64,000 bases of DNA. It comes from a virus (lineage: Duplodnaviria; Caudoviricetes). Both the position numbers and the translations under genes were made by a program. The notes under the pieces are model-generated. The model saw only the letters and a program-made list of their open reading frames with translations, did no database searches and was not told the DNA's origin. The DNA lies in IMG/VR virus record IMGVR_UViG_2693430034_000001, positions 32,001 through 96,000 of that record; one strand, 5' to 3'. How positions within the stretch are numbered: position 1 is the stretch's first letter; every line of letters starts with the position of its first letter. Below are positions 35,711 through 46,994 of the stretch, piece after piece.

Positions 35711-36802
35711 ATGCCAACGTTTGCTCTGGAGTTGCGTACCATGCCCATGACCATCTTCGAAATCTGCGTCGCTGGCTTTTTCCTCACCGTGATGGCGCTT
35801 GCCGGCGACCATCTGGGGCGCGTCCATGCAGGCGTGGCACCCCTGATGCACTACATCTGGTAATTCAGAGCCCAAAATCGGGTCTAGACCCGTGTTTTTG
35901 AACACCAAAGTACCGTTTTAGCCTCCGTAGGCCCCACATCTAGTGTTTTTGGGGTCTAACTGGCGCAATTAATTGCCCGCCTTTTATGGGAAGCGAAAGA
36001 TCGACTCGACGGACTTCTGGCCTTTTGAGTTACATCTGACCCGTAGTTCGCCTGTATGCGTCAGATCTGGTGCATTGATAGGTGCCGTTTGCATCTGGTC
36101 ACAGACCACGCCAGCTGACCGGCTTGTCTCTCCTGTCCTTACTGCTCCTCCTCTCGTATCTCAGTCTTGAGGTGGTGCATGTTCGGCGGCCGGCGATTCC
36201 GGGGCGGCTGCGTTTCGTCTGGTTTTCATGGGGTTTTCGATCTCATGGGCGCCGGCTGATGCCGCTGCTACCCTGACCGGCTGAGCTGATCCGGAACCGT
36301 GTCCGGGTGTCTCCAACCAGTCCCGACCAGTGCCTTCTGCTGGTCGATGCTGCCCTAGTCCTGGCTCTGTCCGCTCCCCCTGTCTTGATGACCATGGGGG
36401 TGGTGTGCCTGGTCCGGGCGGCCTCCGAAAAATCCCCTCGGCCGGTCCGATAATTCGTCGGCGGCCCATTTTCCGGGGAATTAATTTCGAATTTCGGAGG
36501 GCTGATCGAGGCCCTTCCGACCCCCGATTTATCTCACACGAACGTGGCGATGTTAGGGCCAATTTGCTCTTGCATTTCCGCTTGCAGTGATGCAAATAGC
36601 GAAAACAAACGAGGCAATCGACGATGAATATGCGCCCCACCCTGACCGTTGTGATGCTCGACGGCACCGTTGAGAGAGTCCGCATGCGGTCCCTCCGGAT
36701 CGCCCGACACGCCGCTTTCCTCATGAACGAAGGCGGGCGCTACCGCGCCGCGTTTGCCCGAATGATGCCGGTGGTCCCTCTCGGCTGGCAGGCGGTCTGA
36801 CC

Positions 36803-37189
36803 ATGACAACCGTGTTTCAGGCGCTGACCGTCACCCGCGAATTGATCGCCGATCCGGCACGCTGGACCAAGGGCTACTTCGCCCGGGACACCGCCGGCTC
36901 CGAGGTCTACCCGACCGAGTCCAACGCCGTCTGCTGGTGCGCCGATGGCGCGCTGGCAAAGAGTGCCGATGTGACAATCGACGCCGAGAGCGGCGAGTGG
37001 AGCTGGGACACTGCCGGCGTCTATGAGGCCGCGTCCAAGCTGCTGCGATCGGTCACCAAGGAGCTGACCGGCCAGACCAGCTATTCGCGTGTCAACGATG
37101 GCAACGTCGAGATCGAGGACAAGAGCCCGCATGAGGCGATCCTGTTCGTGCTCGATACCGCCCTTGAACGCTTTGAGAAGGAATCCTGA
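36803..37189 (+). CDS. Hypothetical protein (paralog family with 38985-39383)
   Basis: LIADPARWTKG...CWCADGAL...SYSRVND...HEAIL. Confidence 0.7.
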   Translation: MTTVFQALTVTRELIADPARWTKGYFARDTAGSEVYPTESNAVCWCADGALAKSADVTIDAESGEWSWDTAGVYEAASKLLRSVTKELTGQTSYSRVNDGNVEIEDKSPHEAILFVLDTALERFEKES

Positions 37190-37192
37190 CCC

Positions 37193-37375
37193 ATGGCCCG
37201 ACGTACCAAGCAGAGCAAGGTCGACGCCGCCCGCATCCAGCGCGCGGTGACCGGGATACTGATCCCGATGACGTCCATCACCCGCGTCTATGCCCACGCC
37301 GAAAAGCTGATCGCCGAGGGCGCCGACGACGACCACCTCGCGAACGGCATTCGCGTTTTCTTAGGAGGCCTGTGA
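37193..37375 (+). CDS. Hypothetical protein
   Basis: Packed early ORF. Confidence 0.6.
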   Translation: MARRTKQSKVDAARIQRAVTGILIPMTSITRVYAHAEKLIAEGADDDHLANGIRVFLGGL

Positions 37376-38481
37376 TGCTGCCGGCATCCCCTCACCCGTT
37401 CGACCCGATGCAGGCTGATCCGGCCATCGTCGAGTCCCAGGACAACGCGGTCCGCACGACCCGCACGTTCTGCGAACGTGGTCTGGATGCGTTCGAGTTC
37501 CGCTGCTCCGAGAGTAACCGACACTACGTCGTCACCCGGACCGGCGAGGCCGCGCGCTGCTTCGAGTTCGACCAGCTCGTCGCCTTCACCTCGTCCCGCA
37601 TGATCCAGGCGCTCAACAAGCCTTGGTCGCTACCCGGACGGGCCTGATGATCCTGACCGCAAAGACCGAAGGCGCATTCTGTGTCGCCGCCAATCTGCCC
37701 TGCTCGCTGCCCTTGGGCGGCTGGCGGGTCGATGTCGATCCCGACATGGCACATGCCCTCGATCCCGAGGACTACTTCGAGACCAGCAGGATGACGGCAC
37801 GCAATACGCCGCACCCGCTTTCACCCACACCCCATCCCTCATGGAGCGAGATATGACCGCCCACAAGCGCATCAAGGTGACGGACGATCTGGGCAATGTC
37901 GCCTACATCCATCGCAACCAGCTTGGCTGGACCTGCACGCTCGCCAACGGCATTCCGGCCAGCTTCTTCTACGCAGTCGGAAATGTCGACGAGACGGCAT
38001 TTCGATTTCATCTTGAAGATGCTGCTGATGATGATGCCCGACTGAACGTCGTCAAGGATCACGCTGGACCTCGCCGAAAGGTGGAGTTCTTCAGCTAACG
38101 AGGCCCCGAGGTGTGCAGTAAAGCGGTCTGCACACATAGGCAGGGGAAATCCGCAGCGGTCAAAAACTAGGGTCTAGGAGACATGGCGTCCCGCACGCCA
38201 GCCGAGGATGACCCGCCATACAGAGAGCAAGACGTTCGCGATCCCGGAGAAATGGGTAGCGTATTCATTGGTTGCTGCGACCCAAACGCAGTGGCGAGGC
38301 CGGCGCTATCCGGCCATTCAATTCGAGGCATTGATGCAGAACAAGTTTTTGGCTGCCGCCATCTGGATCGGTCTGGCGCTCTGGTCGTCGAGCGACAACA
38401 CGGGTGTGATCTTCCTGATTTCCTACTCGTGTCTGCTGATCGGATACAAGTTCGGCAAGGCCAACGCTGACTAGCTTTCGT

Positions 38482-38764
38482 CCCCCGCCGTGTAGCGCCT
38501 GCCTTGCGTGATACGGCACGCCGCACATGCGGACACGGTGGGGGTCGTCACTAAATTCAACTGCCACGGAGAAAGACAATGAAGTAAGCGACCCCGCCTA
38601 GATGACACAGCACGGACGACCTTTATGACCGGAGCAGCCGGGAGCGACCGGACCCAATGCACGACCAGCGGCGTGCCAACCAATCCGCTGGAGCTATTCG
38701 TCCCTCACCGTGACTGCCTGCCTTGCGTCATACGGGACGCCGCATTTGCGGACACGGTGAGGGA
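38482..38764 (+). repeat. Two copies of a ~63-nt structured element (38482-38544, 38701-38764)
   Basis: Shared core GCCTGCCTTGCGT(G/C)ATACGG(C/G)ACGCCGCA..TGCGGACACGGTG with compensatory base changes. Confidence 0.8.
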
Positions 38765-38984
38765 TTGAACGAAATGGGAGGGCGGCAGGCCGCCCACAAA
38801 AGCGAGAGGCTGATCCCGGCTCGCGCCCTGCTGCTTCCCCGAAGGAAGTAGTCGTCGGTTGGAGGCAGACCTGCCGTCAGATACCCCAAGCTCTGATGGT
38901 GGTGGAGAGAGAACCTCGCGAACCGACTGCAATTTACGCCAGAGGTGCGCCTTGTGGCTTGTTTGAATGCGAATGAGGAATGAG

Positions 38985-39383
38985 ATGACCGACAGATCGA
39001 CCATCCACGCCATCCTCGTGGCGGCGCGCAAGCGCATCGAGAACCCTGCCAATTGGTGTCAGGAGTGGCACTTCCTTTTCACGGACGGCACTCCCTGGCT
39101 CTGGTCCTCCGTGATCACAGAGTCTGGATACCTGCTTCCTGGCCCGGAACAGTTGGCCTACGTCCGAACCAATGTCGCCCGATGCTGCGCTGACGGCGCG
39201 ATCCTGCTGGAAGTTTTGAACGATCAATCGCAGGCCTACATCGAGGCTGAGGACATCATGCGTACCGAGGCCCAGCGCCTCTACGGCATGACCTATTCCA
39301 AGGTCAACGACAGCGAGGACGGTCACGCCAAGGTGCTGAAGGTGTTCGACGCGGCAATCGCCTGGGCATCGGAAGCAGAATGA
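38985..39383 (+). CDS. Hypothetical protein (paralog of 36803-37189)
   Basis: RIENPANWCQ...CCADGAIL...TYSKVND...HAKVL. Confidence 0.7.
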   Translation: MTDRSTIHAILVAARKRIENPANWCQEWHFLFTDGTPWLWSSVITESGYLLPGPEQLAYVRTNVARCCADGAILLEVLNDQSQAYIEAEDIMRTEAQRLYGMTYSKVNDSEDGHAKVLKVFDAAIAWASEAE

Positions 39384-40021
39384 ACCCCTTCGAATTTTAC
39401 GACGCCGGTTACCTCGCCGGCCTCGAAGGCGATGACGCATGCCCGCATCTCGCCTTCACCCTTCCCTGGCTCTGGTGGCGCACCGGCAACTTCGTCGGTC
39501 ATCACACCATGTGCTCGCAACTGGAAGCCATCGCGCTCCTATTCGAACAGGACTGAGCATGACCAAGCGCAAGAACCAGCCCGAGACGAATGTCGAGTTC
39601 GTCACCCGCCTCATCGAGTTCAGCAACTACGGACCGTTGGCGCAGCTCTTCATCCTCGAAGCCATCCGCAACTGGGCAGACCTCGTCGCCAAAACCGAAC
39701 CGGCAAAGGTCGATACGCCAATGATCAGCGGCCATGCCTGGGTCGGCGTTGCCCGCGAGATCAAGGCAAAGATTGAGGAGCGTCAATGAGGCAGTTGATC
39801 CACGATCCTCGCGATGCCTGCAAGTGCTCCTACTGCGGCATCAAGGAAGACATTCACCTGCTCGACGGTGTGCTCGACAAGCATGGCAACGACACCGGCA
39901 AGCTCGGATGCATCAAGTGCTACCCGACCGAAGGATGGTGCTGCGGTAGTCCCGAGATGATCGAGATGAGCATCGCCCCTTCCCTCCGCCCTTTCTACGA
40001 CCAATACGCCGCAAGCGAACA

Positions 40022-40732
40022 ATGGAACATGCGCCGATGACAGACCAGCTCGAAACTATCCTCCGCCGCGTCGTCCATCCTAACTGCGATGCAGACGTGC
40101 CGGCCCTTGCCGATCGCATCAAGGGCATGTTCCCCGGCTTCACCAATCTCGAGATGGAAGCGGCGCTGTGCGTGTGGGAATGCCTCAACGAATGGACGCT
40201 CGGCACCGAAGAGCAGGTCGAGGCCATGCGCGTCAACTGCGAAGAGCATTCCCACGAAGCGCTTCGGCTTGAGTGGATCGAGATGCGGGAAGCAACAGGG
40301 TCCGGCGAGATGCGCTCGCAGTCGATCTTGCTCGGCAAATGGTGCCTGGAGATCTACGACATCCTGACCAAGCGTAACGAGGACTTCTTCGGTTACTGGT
40401 CATACGACTGGGAAGTGATCCCGGCCATGCTGAAGCATGCCGTCTGCAAGGATGGCAAGGCCTCGATGTATCGCGGCGATTATATCTACGCCGGTGGCGA
40501 GCTGATCGACCCGCACAGCGCTGCCCAGCTGGTGGCGCAAGAGTTCATCCAGCGTGGTTTCGATGACGAGTGCAGGCGTGAGGCCGACAAGCAGTGGGCT
40601 TATGCCGACCTGGTCACAGACGACGCTGGCGAGCGCATGCGCCAAGCCTTCGAGATTGGCGAAGAGCCGGCCGCGTTAGTGAAGTGGCTCGGCGAAAAGT
40701 TCGACCTCACACCTGCATCCGGGTATTTTTGA
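40022..40732 (+). CDS. Hypothetical protein
   Basis: Long ORF with phage codon usage. Confidence 0.65.
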   Translation: MEHAPMTDQLETILRRVVHPNCDADVPALADRIKGMFPGFTNLEMEAALCVWECLNEWTLGTEEQVEAMRVNCEEHSHEALRLEWIEMREATGSGEMRSQSILLGKWCLEIYDILTKRNEDFFGYWSYDWEVIPAMLKHAVCKDGKASMYRGDYIYAGGELIDPHSAAQLVAQEFIQRGFDDECRREADKQWAYADLVTDDAGERMRQAFEIGEEPAALVKWLGEKFDLTPASGYF

Positions 40733-41352
40733 TGACCGACAATATCAGCCTGTTCAAATCCTGCCCGTGCCCCGCGCGTTCACCATGGGGAGCCATCCAG
40801 ACCAAGCGCGAACTGGCGCCTGGCATCTGGTCGGTCTCGACCGCGGGGCACGGCGGCATCAAGCTTTCCCGAGAACGAAACGCTGGTGTCCCGGACTATA
40901 TGCGAGCCGAGGGCGGCTGGTATGAGGAAGATTGTCAGTGGTCGATCGCAGCGATGATCTATCCTGGAGCTTTCCAGCGCGTCGTCCAGATTGATGGTCG
41001 GCCTGACAAGACCGAGTACGACTACGCTCTCGACTCATTCCGTGGCTGGTACCCTGACGAGTACGAGAGGTTCTTCAACGTCAAGCTCCTGCCCGGAGAG
41101 TCGCGGAGCCGAGACGAGAGGATCTTCATCGAAGAGACAAAGGACAAGTTCGTCCTGCGCTCTGCTTGGGGAGACTGGGCGAGCTGGGTGCCAAAAGGCA
41201 AGGTCGGCGTCTGCGCAAGGCGGGCCAGCGATGGAGCCGAGAAGTGGTTCCTGATCGGCGAAACCTACACTGAGCGACGTGCAAAGGGCATGCACGGCAT
41301 CGTCATCGATCCATCAGTCGACACTGAAATCGAGAAACCGGAGAACCCGTGA
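40732..41352 (+). CDS. Conserved MGE protein (DUF7007-like)
   Basis: SPWGAIQ...GIWSVSTAGHGGIKLS...GWYEEDC. Confidence 0.7.
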   Translation: MTDNISLFKSCPCPARSPWGAIQTKRELAPGIWSVSTAGHGGIKLSRERNAGVPDYMRAEGGWYEEDCQWSIAAMIYPGAFQRVVQIDGRPDKTEYDYALDSFRGWYPDEYERFFNVKLLPGESRSRDERIFIEETKDKFVLRSAWGDWASWVPKGKVGVCARRASDGAEKWFLIGETYTERRAKGMHGIVIDPSVDTEIEKPENP

Positions 41353-41819
41353 TGTCATATTCTTGCGTCGATTTTGTCGACACCATCCTCAACCTGCTCA
41401 ACATCAAGGTGCCTTTGGAGGATCAGGATAATCCGCAAGGACAGGCTGAACTGGCTGGGGCTGAGATCCTCCGGCTTCAGGCCTCCGACGCTGCCTTGAA
41501 GGCACGGCCGGCAACCTCAATGGAACGAATGCTCTATCTGGTCGCCCCAATCCACGATCAATGTCCCGTCGATCAGGACGGTGTGGTCATCCGCGACCTT
41601 TTCGTCTGGGCGACCGACGCCAGCGAGGCCGTCAAGTTCTGGCGGGAATATTACGAGATCGGCGACGACGAAGACCTTGAGGAATACCCGCTCGGCATGA
41701 CCGAAAACGTTCGCGTCTTCGAATGCCCGATCATGCCGAACGCCGCTCCGTCAGGCGCTGTCTGCTGGGGTCAAGTTCACTCTTACGGCGCAACCGTCAA
41801 CGAAAGGATCGAGCTGTGA
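41349..41819 (+). CDS. Hypothetical protein
   Basis: Coupled ORF. Confidence 0.6.
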   Translation: MMSYSCVDFVDTILNLLNIKVPLEDQDNPQGQAELAGAEILRLQASDAALKARPATSMERMLYLVAPIHDQCPVDQDGVVIRDLFVWATDASEAVKFWREYYEIGDDEDLEEYPLGMTENVRVFECPIMPNAAPSGAVCWGQVHSYGATVNERIEL

Positions 41820-42899
41820 AGAAGCGAGCGTACATCACGATGACCCTGGCTGTTGATCTGGATATGGTTGCCGGCCCCTGGGACAAATCGACCGACTACA
41901 CTGACGCAATCCAGCGTCAGTTCCACAGCGCTGCCTGCTACGATCCCGAGCTGACAGTCCACGAGATCATCGAGCGGAACTACGACTACGTCGAAGGCAA
42001 GGGCTATGTCCGCCCCACCGTCTTCACGATTGTCGATCCATCCCCCGCTCAACGTCTCGCAGAGGATAACGCGGGCACCTGGGGCGAACACCACACCTTC
42101 ACGCCAGCGGACTGGCGAATGGACGTCGATAATCACGACACCCGCGCCGGCTACTGGGACTGGGTTCAGGCGATGATCGAAGCGTCAGAACGTGTCGACG
42201 ATCCCGACTATGACGACGACGGCAACCTTCGTCCCGGTGTCGACCATGCGTGAGTACGTCAATGCCAACTGCAGCAGCTGGAAGATCGACGACGGCGAGC
42301 ACGACGTCATCATCCTATTCTTCTCTGGACCCAGGGGCGGCACGCAGTTCACCGGCAACATGACGCCGGATCAGGCCCGCCATCTGCGGGACAATCTCGA
42401 CAAGGCCCTACTTCGGATTGAAGGAGCGGCGCCAACCGGCAGCATCGACCATATGCCCGACAACAACTCCGACGCCGTTGACGCAAACGGCAGTCCAACC
42501 TGGTGACGTCATGACGGAATACCGCATCAAGGTGGCGCGAACCACCATCGAGGAGTTCATCGTCCACGCCAACAATCCTGTTCACCTTCAGGAAAAGTGG
42601 CCGGACTCCATCGGAGTTGCCGATCCCGTCGAGTCCTACAGCGACGGCGACGAGCTTCTCCAGTTCACCGATGAGGAGACCGGTCACACGGTCGTGGTGA
42701 AATCATGAAGCTCTACTCAATCCCAAGCCTGACGGAGCTACTTCAGGAGCTGCTGCACACCAAGAACTTCGCAACCGTCAGGTCCAACACAAATCGGGGC
42801 GTGATCGAGGTCTGGCAGTTCGACACATCCGGCAAAGTGTCGCAACGGTTTCTGATCAGGGTCGATAACGCCCCGGGCGAACCGCTCTAAACCCTAATT

Positions 42900-42974
42900 G
42901 CTCCCGTCGTCTATCGGCTAGGACGCCGCCTTCTCAAGGCGGAAAGGTTGGTTCGATTCCAGCCGGGAGCGCCA
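42900..42974 (+). tRNA. trnE: tRNA-Glu(CTC)
   Basis: GCTCCCG/CGGGAGC acceptor, CCGCC-TTCTCAA-GGCGG anticodon arm, GTTCGATTC T-loop, encoded CCA. Confidence 0.95.
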
Positions 42975-43000
42975 TCCATCACACACAAGGAAAATGAACC

Positions 43001-43402
43001 ATGAAACTGCACGCACTCTGTGCGTCGGCGGTAACGCTGATGCTTGCCCTCTCCGCCCCGGCCAAGGCCGGCAACGTCAACCGCGAGTTCATCGCTCTGG
43101 CAACCATCTCCTATGTGGTCGTCCAGAAGTGTTCCGATTACGAGTTCGTCGATAATGCCGCTCGGCGTGGCGCCGACAAGATGGGTGCCGACTTCGACAC
43201 CTACGCTCCCGCAGCCATGAATGCCATCTTCGCCATCATGGACATGGAATACAATCGAGAGAAGCTGATCCCCGAAGTAACGCAGAAAGTCCGGTCAGAC
43301 CTGGGCGAGCTGGCTGATGACCTGAAGAAACGGGGTCTGGCCGGGTTCTGCAAGCGATACGGGACCGTGATGGTCAGCATCGACTGGATGAAACGGAAAT
43401 GA
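43001..43402 (+). CDS. Secreted protein
   Basis: Signal peptide ending APAKA. Confidence 0.65.
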   Translation: MKLHALCASAVTLMLALSAPAKAGNVNREFIALATISYVVVQKCSDYEFVDNAARRGADKMGADFDTYAPAAMNAIFAIMDMEYNREKLIPEVTQKVRSDLGELADDLKKRGLAGFCKRYGTVMVSIDWMKRK

Positions 43403-43742
43403 GGGCGATCGGCTTCCTGGATCTGCGGGTGTTCGCTGTCTCAACCGCCATGGCTCTGGCATTCATCGGCATCGTCAGTCGCGTTGCGTTTTAATCATTG
43501 CTTGAATGCAACGATTTGTTATGCAAATATCCTGCAAACGGAGGTTCCGATGGTCGTCTTTCTTCTGGGCAGCTATGCCCTGCCCTTTCCGCTGATCAAG
43601 CTGAACTCGTTCTCCTACACCCACACCCACCGCGCCCCGGATGGTTTCGCCTGGAAAGAGGACATGCACCTGAAGGTGTGCGTACCCGGCGCCAGGCCTG
43701 CCCGACTCCGGATCGCCAACGATAACCAGAAGGTTGCCGACC

Positions 43743-44309
43743 ATGGATAGAGTGAACGCTTACATCGAGGCCGGCTCCGATTTTGCCAGGGCCGCTCATG
43801 CTGACCACAAGCGTAAGTTCACAGGCGAGCCCTACTGGAACCATCTGCACGAAGTGGCAACAACGCTGCGCAGCTACGGCGCCACGCCGGATATCATCGT
43901 CTCCGGATATCTGCACGACACGATCGAGGACACCAAAGTTACCTACTTCGATCTGGTCAAGAAGTTCGATCGGAACGTCGCCGGCCTTGTGATGGAAGTC
44001 ACCGATGTCAGTCGGGCAGACACTGGCAACACACCGGAAGGTGTGGGCAACCGGGCACTGCGAAAGGCGATGGATCGTCAGTTCCTGGCCGGTGCGTCCT
44101 GGCAAGGCCAGATGATCAAATGCGCTGACATGCTCAGCAACACCGCGGACATTCTGACCCACGGCGGCGGCTTCGCTCGGATCTACATCCCGGAGAAGAA
44201 ACTGCTGATCGATGTCCTCGATAAGGTCCGCAATGTCAACTATGCGATCTGGCGCGCTGCCTATGACCAGATCGTCCAGGCGGAAGACAAGCTCCGTGCC
44301 GCCGCTTGA
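43743..44309 (+). CDS. HD-domain hydrolase, RelA/SpoT-hydrolase (Mesh1/SAH)-like
   Basis: AHADHKRKFTGEPYWNH...LHDTIEDT...IKCADMLSN. Confidence 0.85.
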   Translation: MDRVNAYIEAGSDFARAAHADHKRKFTGEPYWNHLHEVATTLRSYGATPDIIVSGYLHDTIEDTKVTYFDLVKKFDRNVAGLVMEVTDVSRADTGNTPEGVGNRALRKAMDRQFLAGASWQGQMIKCADMLSNTADILTHGGGFARIYIPEKKLLIDVLDKVRNVNYAIWRAAYDQIVQAEDKLRAAA

Positions 44310-44893
44310 ACACGGCCAACTCGTCAACTTCGGCGGCACAGACTTCCAGGTCGAGGTCGTCTCACCAAAATACACCAGACTGGTGCCGGTGAGCGATCCT
44401 CTCTGGATGCTGCGCTTTCTGGCAACGTTAGCGCCACCCAAGGGTAAAAAGAAATGAAGCGCTTGTTCCACGCCGTGATGAACGGCATCTCGACCGTCGC
44501 CAACTACTGGTGGGCCGGTGTGATCTACATGGCTGCCGGCATTGACATCACCGAACCACACGAGGAGCGCTGGAAAGCAGAACGGGAACTGATCGATGAA
44601 GATCAATCAGCCGCGTAGCCATGAGGACCAGCTGTTAGCCAAGGCTGCTGCTGGTCGCCTGAAGGCCCGGATGCAGCAACGACTGAAGCGATACAAGGTG
44701 ACGCTGCAATGGCGCAGACCTGATGGCCTGCGTCCAGGCGGCGATCCCCACAACTGGCGTGACTGGCGAGTGTTCGCCGTGATCCCGATCCTCTTCCACA
44801 GCGAGGAAGAGGCCTGGGACTACATGAGAATGGTGGACATCTTCAAGAACACAGGACGCAAGGCATCAGCCTCGGTCCAAGCGGTTCGCATCG

Positions 44894-45346
44894 CTATGCA
44901 TTCCTGATGGCTGCCTCGATCCGCTTCTTCCTCACATCTCTAACCTTGTCGAGCATCTGAACATGGCTGAAGGTCGGTATATTGGTCTTATCCGTGGCAA
45001 CCCGCAGGGCTTGCTGAGCGAACTCCGGCGTGACGTCGAACCAGTCTCCTGTGAGACGTCGTTTCGCCTTGTCGAGCAGGCCGACCGCCTCATTGAACAG
45101 CCGGATGGCGAGCATGTCGCCAGCGGTCCAGGCGATATCGTGGATCTGCAGCTCCTTCCAGCAACCCAGCTGTAGTTCCTGCATCCGGTCCTTCAGCTGC
45201 TTGGACCAGCCGATGCGCAGCGGCCGGCCCCCTGAAGGACCGACCGCATAGACACATGCGAAACCGAGTTCACTAAAAATGGCGCGTTCCGGCTTCGTAT
45301 GAAGCCAAGGGAGTCCGCAAACAATCTCGGTTTTCTGCATCACCAC
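44894..45346 (-). CDS. GIY-YIG / T5orf172-like protein
   Basis: VYAVG...LRIGWSKQLKDRMQELQLG...GDWFDV. Confidence 0.65.
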   Translation of the reverse strand: MVMQKTEIVCGLPWLHTKPERAIFSELGFACVYAVGPSGGRPLRIGWSKQLKDRMQELQLGCWKELQIHDIAWTAGDMLAIRLFNEAVGLLDKAKRRLTGDWFDVTPEFAQQALRVATDKTNIPTFSHVQMLDKVRDVRKKRIEAAIRNA

Positions 45347-45438
45347 CCTATAAGCACATTATTTGCGTGAATGCAAATTTGTGCTTGCGGTTCCAGAAAA
45401 GCGCCATTATCGAAATGCAAATGAGATTGAGGCCAACC

Positions 45439-45915
45439 ATGACCATCTTATCCGCTGATCAGCTCGGCATTCTGAGCTTTGAGCACCGCGCGCTGCTTGA
45501 GGTCAGAGGTCTGTTCGCCAGCCATTCGTTCCATCACGACCCGGACGTCAATCTCGAAAAGCCTGACGGCTTCAATATGAACGTCTCGTTCCAGCAGAGC
45601 GATTGCGGGACCACAGCTTGCATCGGGGGATGGATGTTCGAGGCGATGCGCCGAGACCGCATGGCGCCTTGCCACACAGCCCACGCCTACCTGACCTTTC
45701 ATTCCAGCGACGCTCTCGGACCCCTGTTCTGGCCCTTCAAGAAGAAGAACGGCGCCGAGATGCTCGATTGGGCGGGCGACACCTACGATTTCCCGCCAGA
45801 CCTGATCCCGCCGGCCTACGCGCTCACGGCGATCGACAACTTCCTGGCTACGGGTGATCCCGATTGGCCCACAGCCTGCCAACTCACTCCGCAACTGGAG
45901 AAGCACTTTGCGTAG
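45439..45915 (+). CDS. Hypothetical protein
   Basis: FNMN...CGTTACIGGW motif; own promoter and operator upstream. Confidence 0.7.
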   Translation: MTILSADQLGILSFEHRALLEVRGLFASHSFHHDPDVNLEKPDGFNMNVSFQQSDCGTTACIGGWMFEAMRRDRMAPCHTAHAYLTFHSSDALGPLFWPFKKKNGAEMLDWAGDTYDFPPDLIPPAYALTAIDNFLATGDPDWPTACQLTPQLEKHFA

Positions 45916-46051
45916 CCCATTCATCAGCCCGTTCTTCGCTTTCGACATGATCTCTCGCTTGCTTGAAAGCAAACAATCCACCCCAGCTCCCACCCCGGAC
46001 GCCGCCAAGAGCGGGGACATTGACCAAGGCGACCACCCAAAGGAGAACTAC

Positions 46052-46930
46052 ATGGATCCCACACAAGGCCAAATCTACAGCTTCCAGCCGCCAGTTTTCG
46101 ATGCGTCGCCTGTCGCTGAACAGCTTCAACCCGCCGCCGCGCCGGAAGCGCCGCTCAGCGGTGAAGTCCTTCCTCCTGTTGCGGATGCGTCGGCACTGGT
46201 GCCGCAATATCCGATCGGGCTGATCGACTTCAATCTGCCGATCGTCGTCCTCGACAACGCCGATTACAACGAAGAGGAATACGACAACGCCTCGATCGTG
46301 ACTGTTCTCAAGGGCAGCGTTCACCCGGTTGTCATCAGCTTCTGGAAACACGGCGAACAGTGCATCGCCCAGTTCGACACGGACGGCGACTCTTCCTGTG
46401 GCGACTACAAGGTTGAGCAGGAACAGACCTATCCGCGAACGGTGTTCGTGGTGATTGGCCGTGACGGTCGCATCCTGAACGTCGACGAGGAGCTGTACGC
46501 CAGCGAAGACGCCGCCCGCGCCGAGACCTCCGTGGACGACATCGCCGGCATTTTCCCGCTGGTGATCCAGGCACCGGAAGCCACGCTGGCGGATGAAGTT
46601 GCTGGCGTGACCAGCCATGTTGCCGACGAGGCCTTCGTTGAAGGCGCCGACACCGATGACGGCATCGAAAGCGAAGAGGATGAGGACGAGGTCGAGGGCA
46701 CGGAAGGCGCCGCGTTGGCACCTGCCCCTGCCCCAACCGCTCCGACCGAAATGTACGTTGCCGGTCGGACCCGTCATGTTGGCGAAACGGTTCACGCCTA
46801 TCGCAACGGCTTCGGCACCCGCGTCTGCACCATCGTGAAGCTGCGCCGCGACGCTCGCAAGTCGCTGTTCATCGACCCGAAGGATGGCAACGAGCCGTAC
46901 TGGGCGCTCAATAAGAACGTTCGGTACTGA
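46052..46930 (+). CDS. Acidic hypothetical protein
   Basis: AAGGAG SD, ATG at 46052. Confidence 0.7.
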   Translation: MDPTQGQIYSFQPPVFDASPVAEQLQPAAAPEAPLSGEVLPPVADASALVPQYPIGLIDFNLPIVVLDNADYNEEEYDNASIVTVLKGSVHPVVISFWKHGEQCIAQFDTDGDSSCGDYKVEQEQTYPRTVFVVIGRDGRILNVDEELYASEDAARAETSVDDIAGIFPLVIQAPEATLADEVAGVTSHVADEAFVEGADTDDGIESEEDEDEVEGTEGAALAPAPAPTAPTEMYVAGRTRHVGETVHAYRNGFGTRVCTIVKLRRDARKSLFIDPKDGNEPYWALNKNVRY

Positions 46931-46939
46931 TCTTCAACT

Positions 46940-46970
46940 GCGGCCCGTCTCCTTCGGGAGGCGGGTTCGC
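46940..46970 (+). terminator. Hairpin (terminator or processing site)
   Basis: GCGGCCCGTCTCC-TTCG-GGAGGCGGGTTCGC. Confidence 0.5.
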
Positions 46971-46994
46971 CTACAATTTCAAACCGGAGACATC

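Noticed and set aside
38110-38170. Hairpin GTGTGCAG/CTGCACAC with a possible pseudoknot (pistol or SAM-II-like)
   Set aside because: Conserved nucleotides of those classes are not matched and it is a single copy; too weak to call
34983-38952. Repeat ACGCCAGAGGTGCGCC (about 34983 and 38937, weaker at about 35493)
   Set aside because: Contains a GAGGTG SD in front of start codons; most simply a reused translation-initiation region
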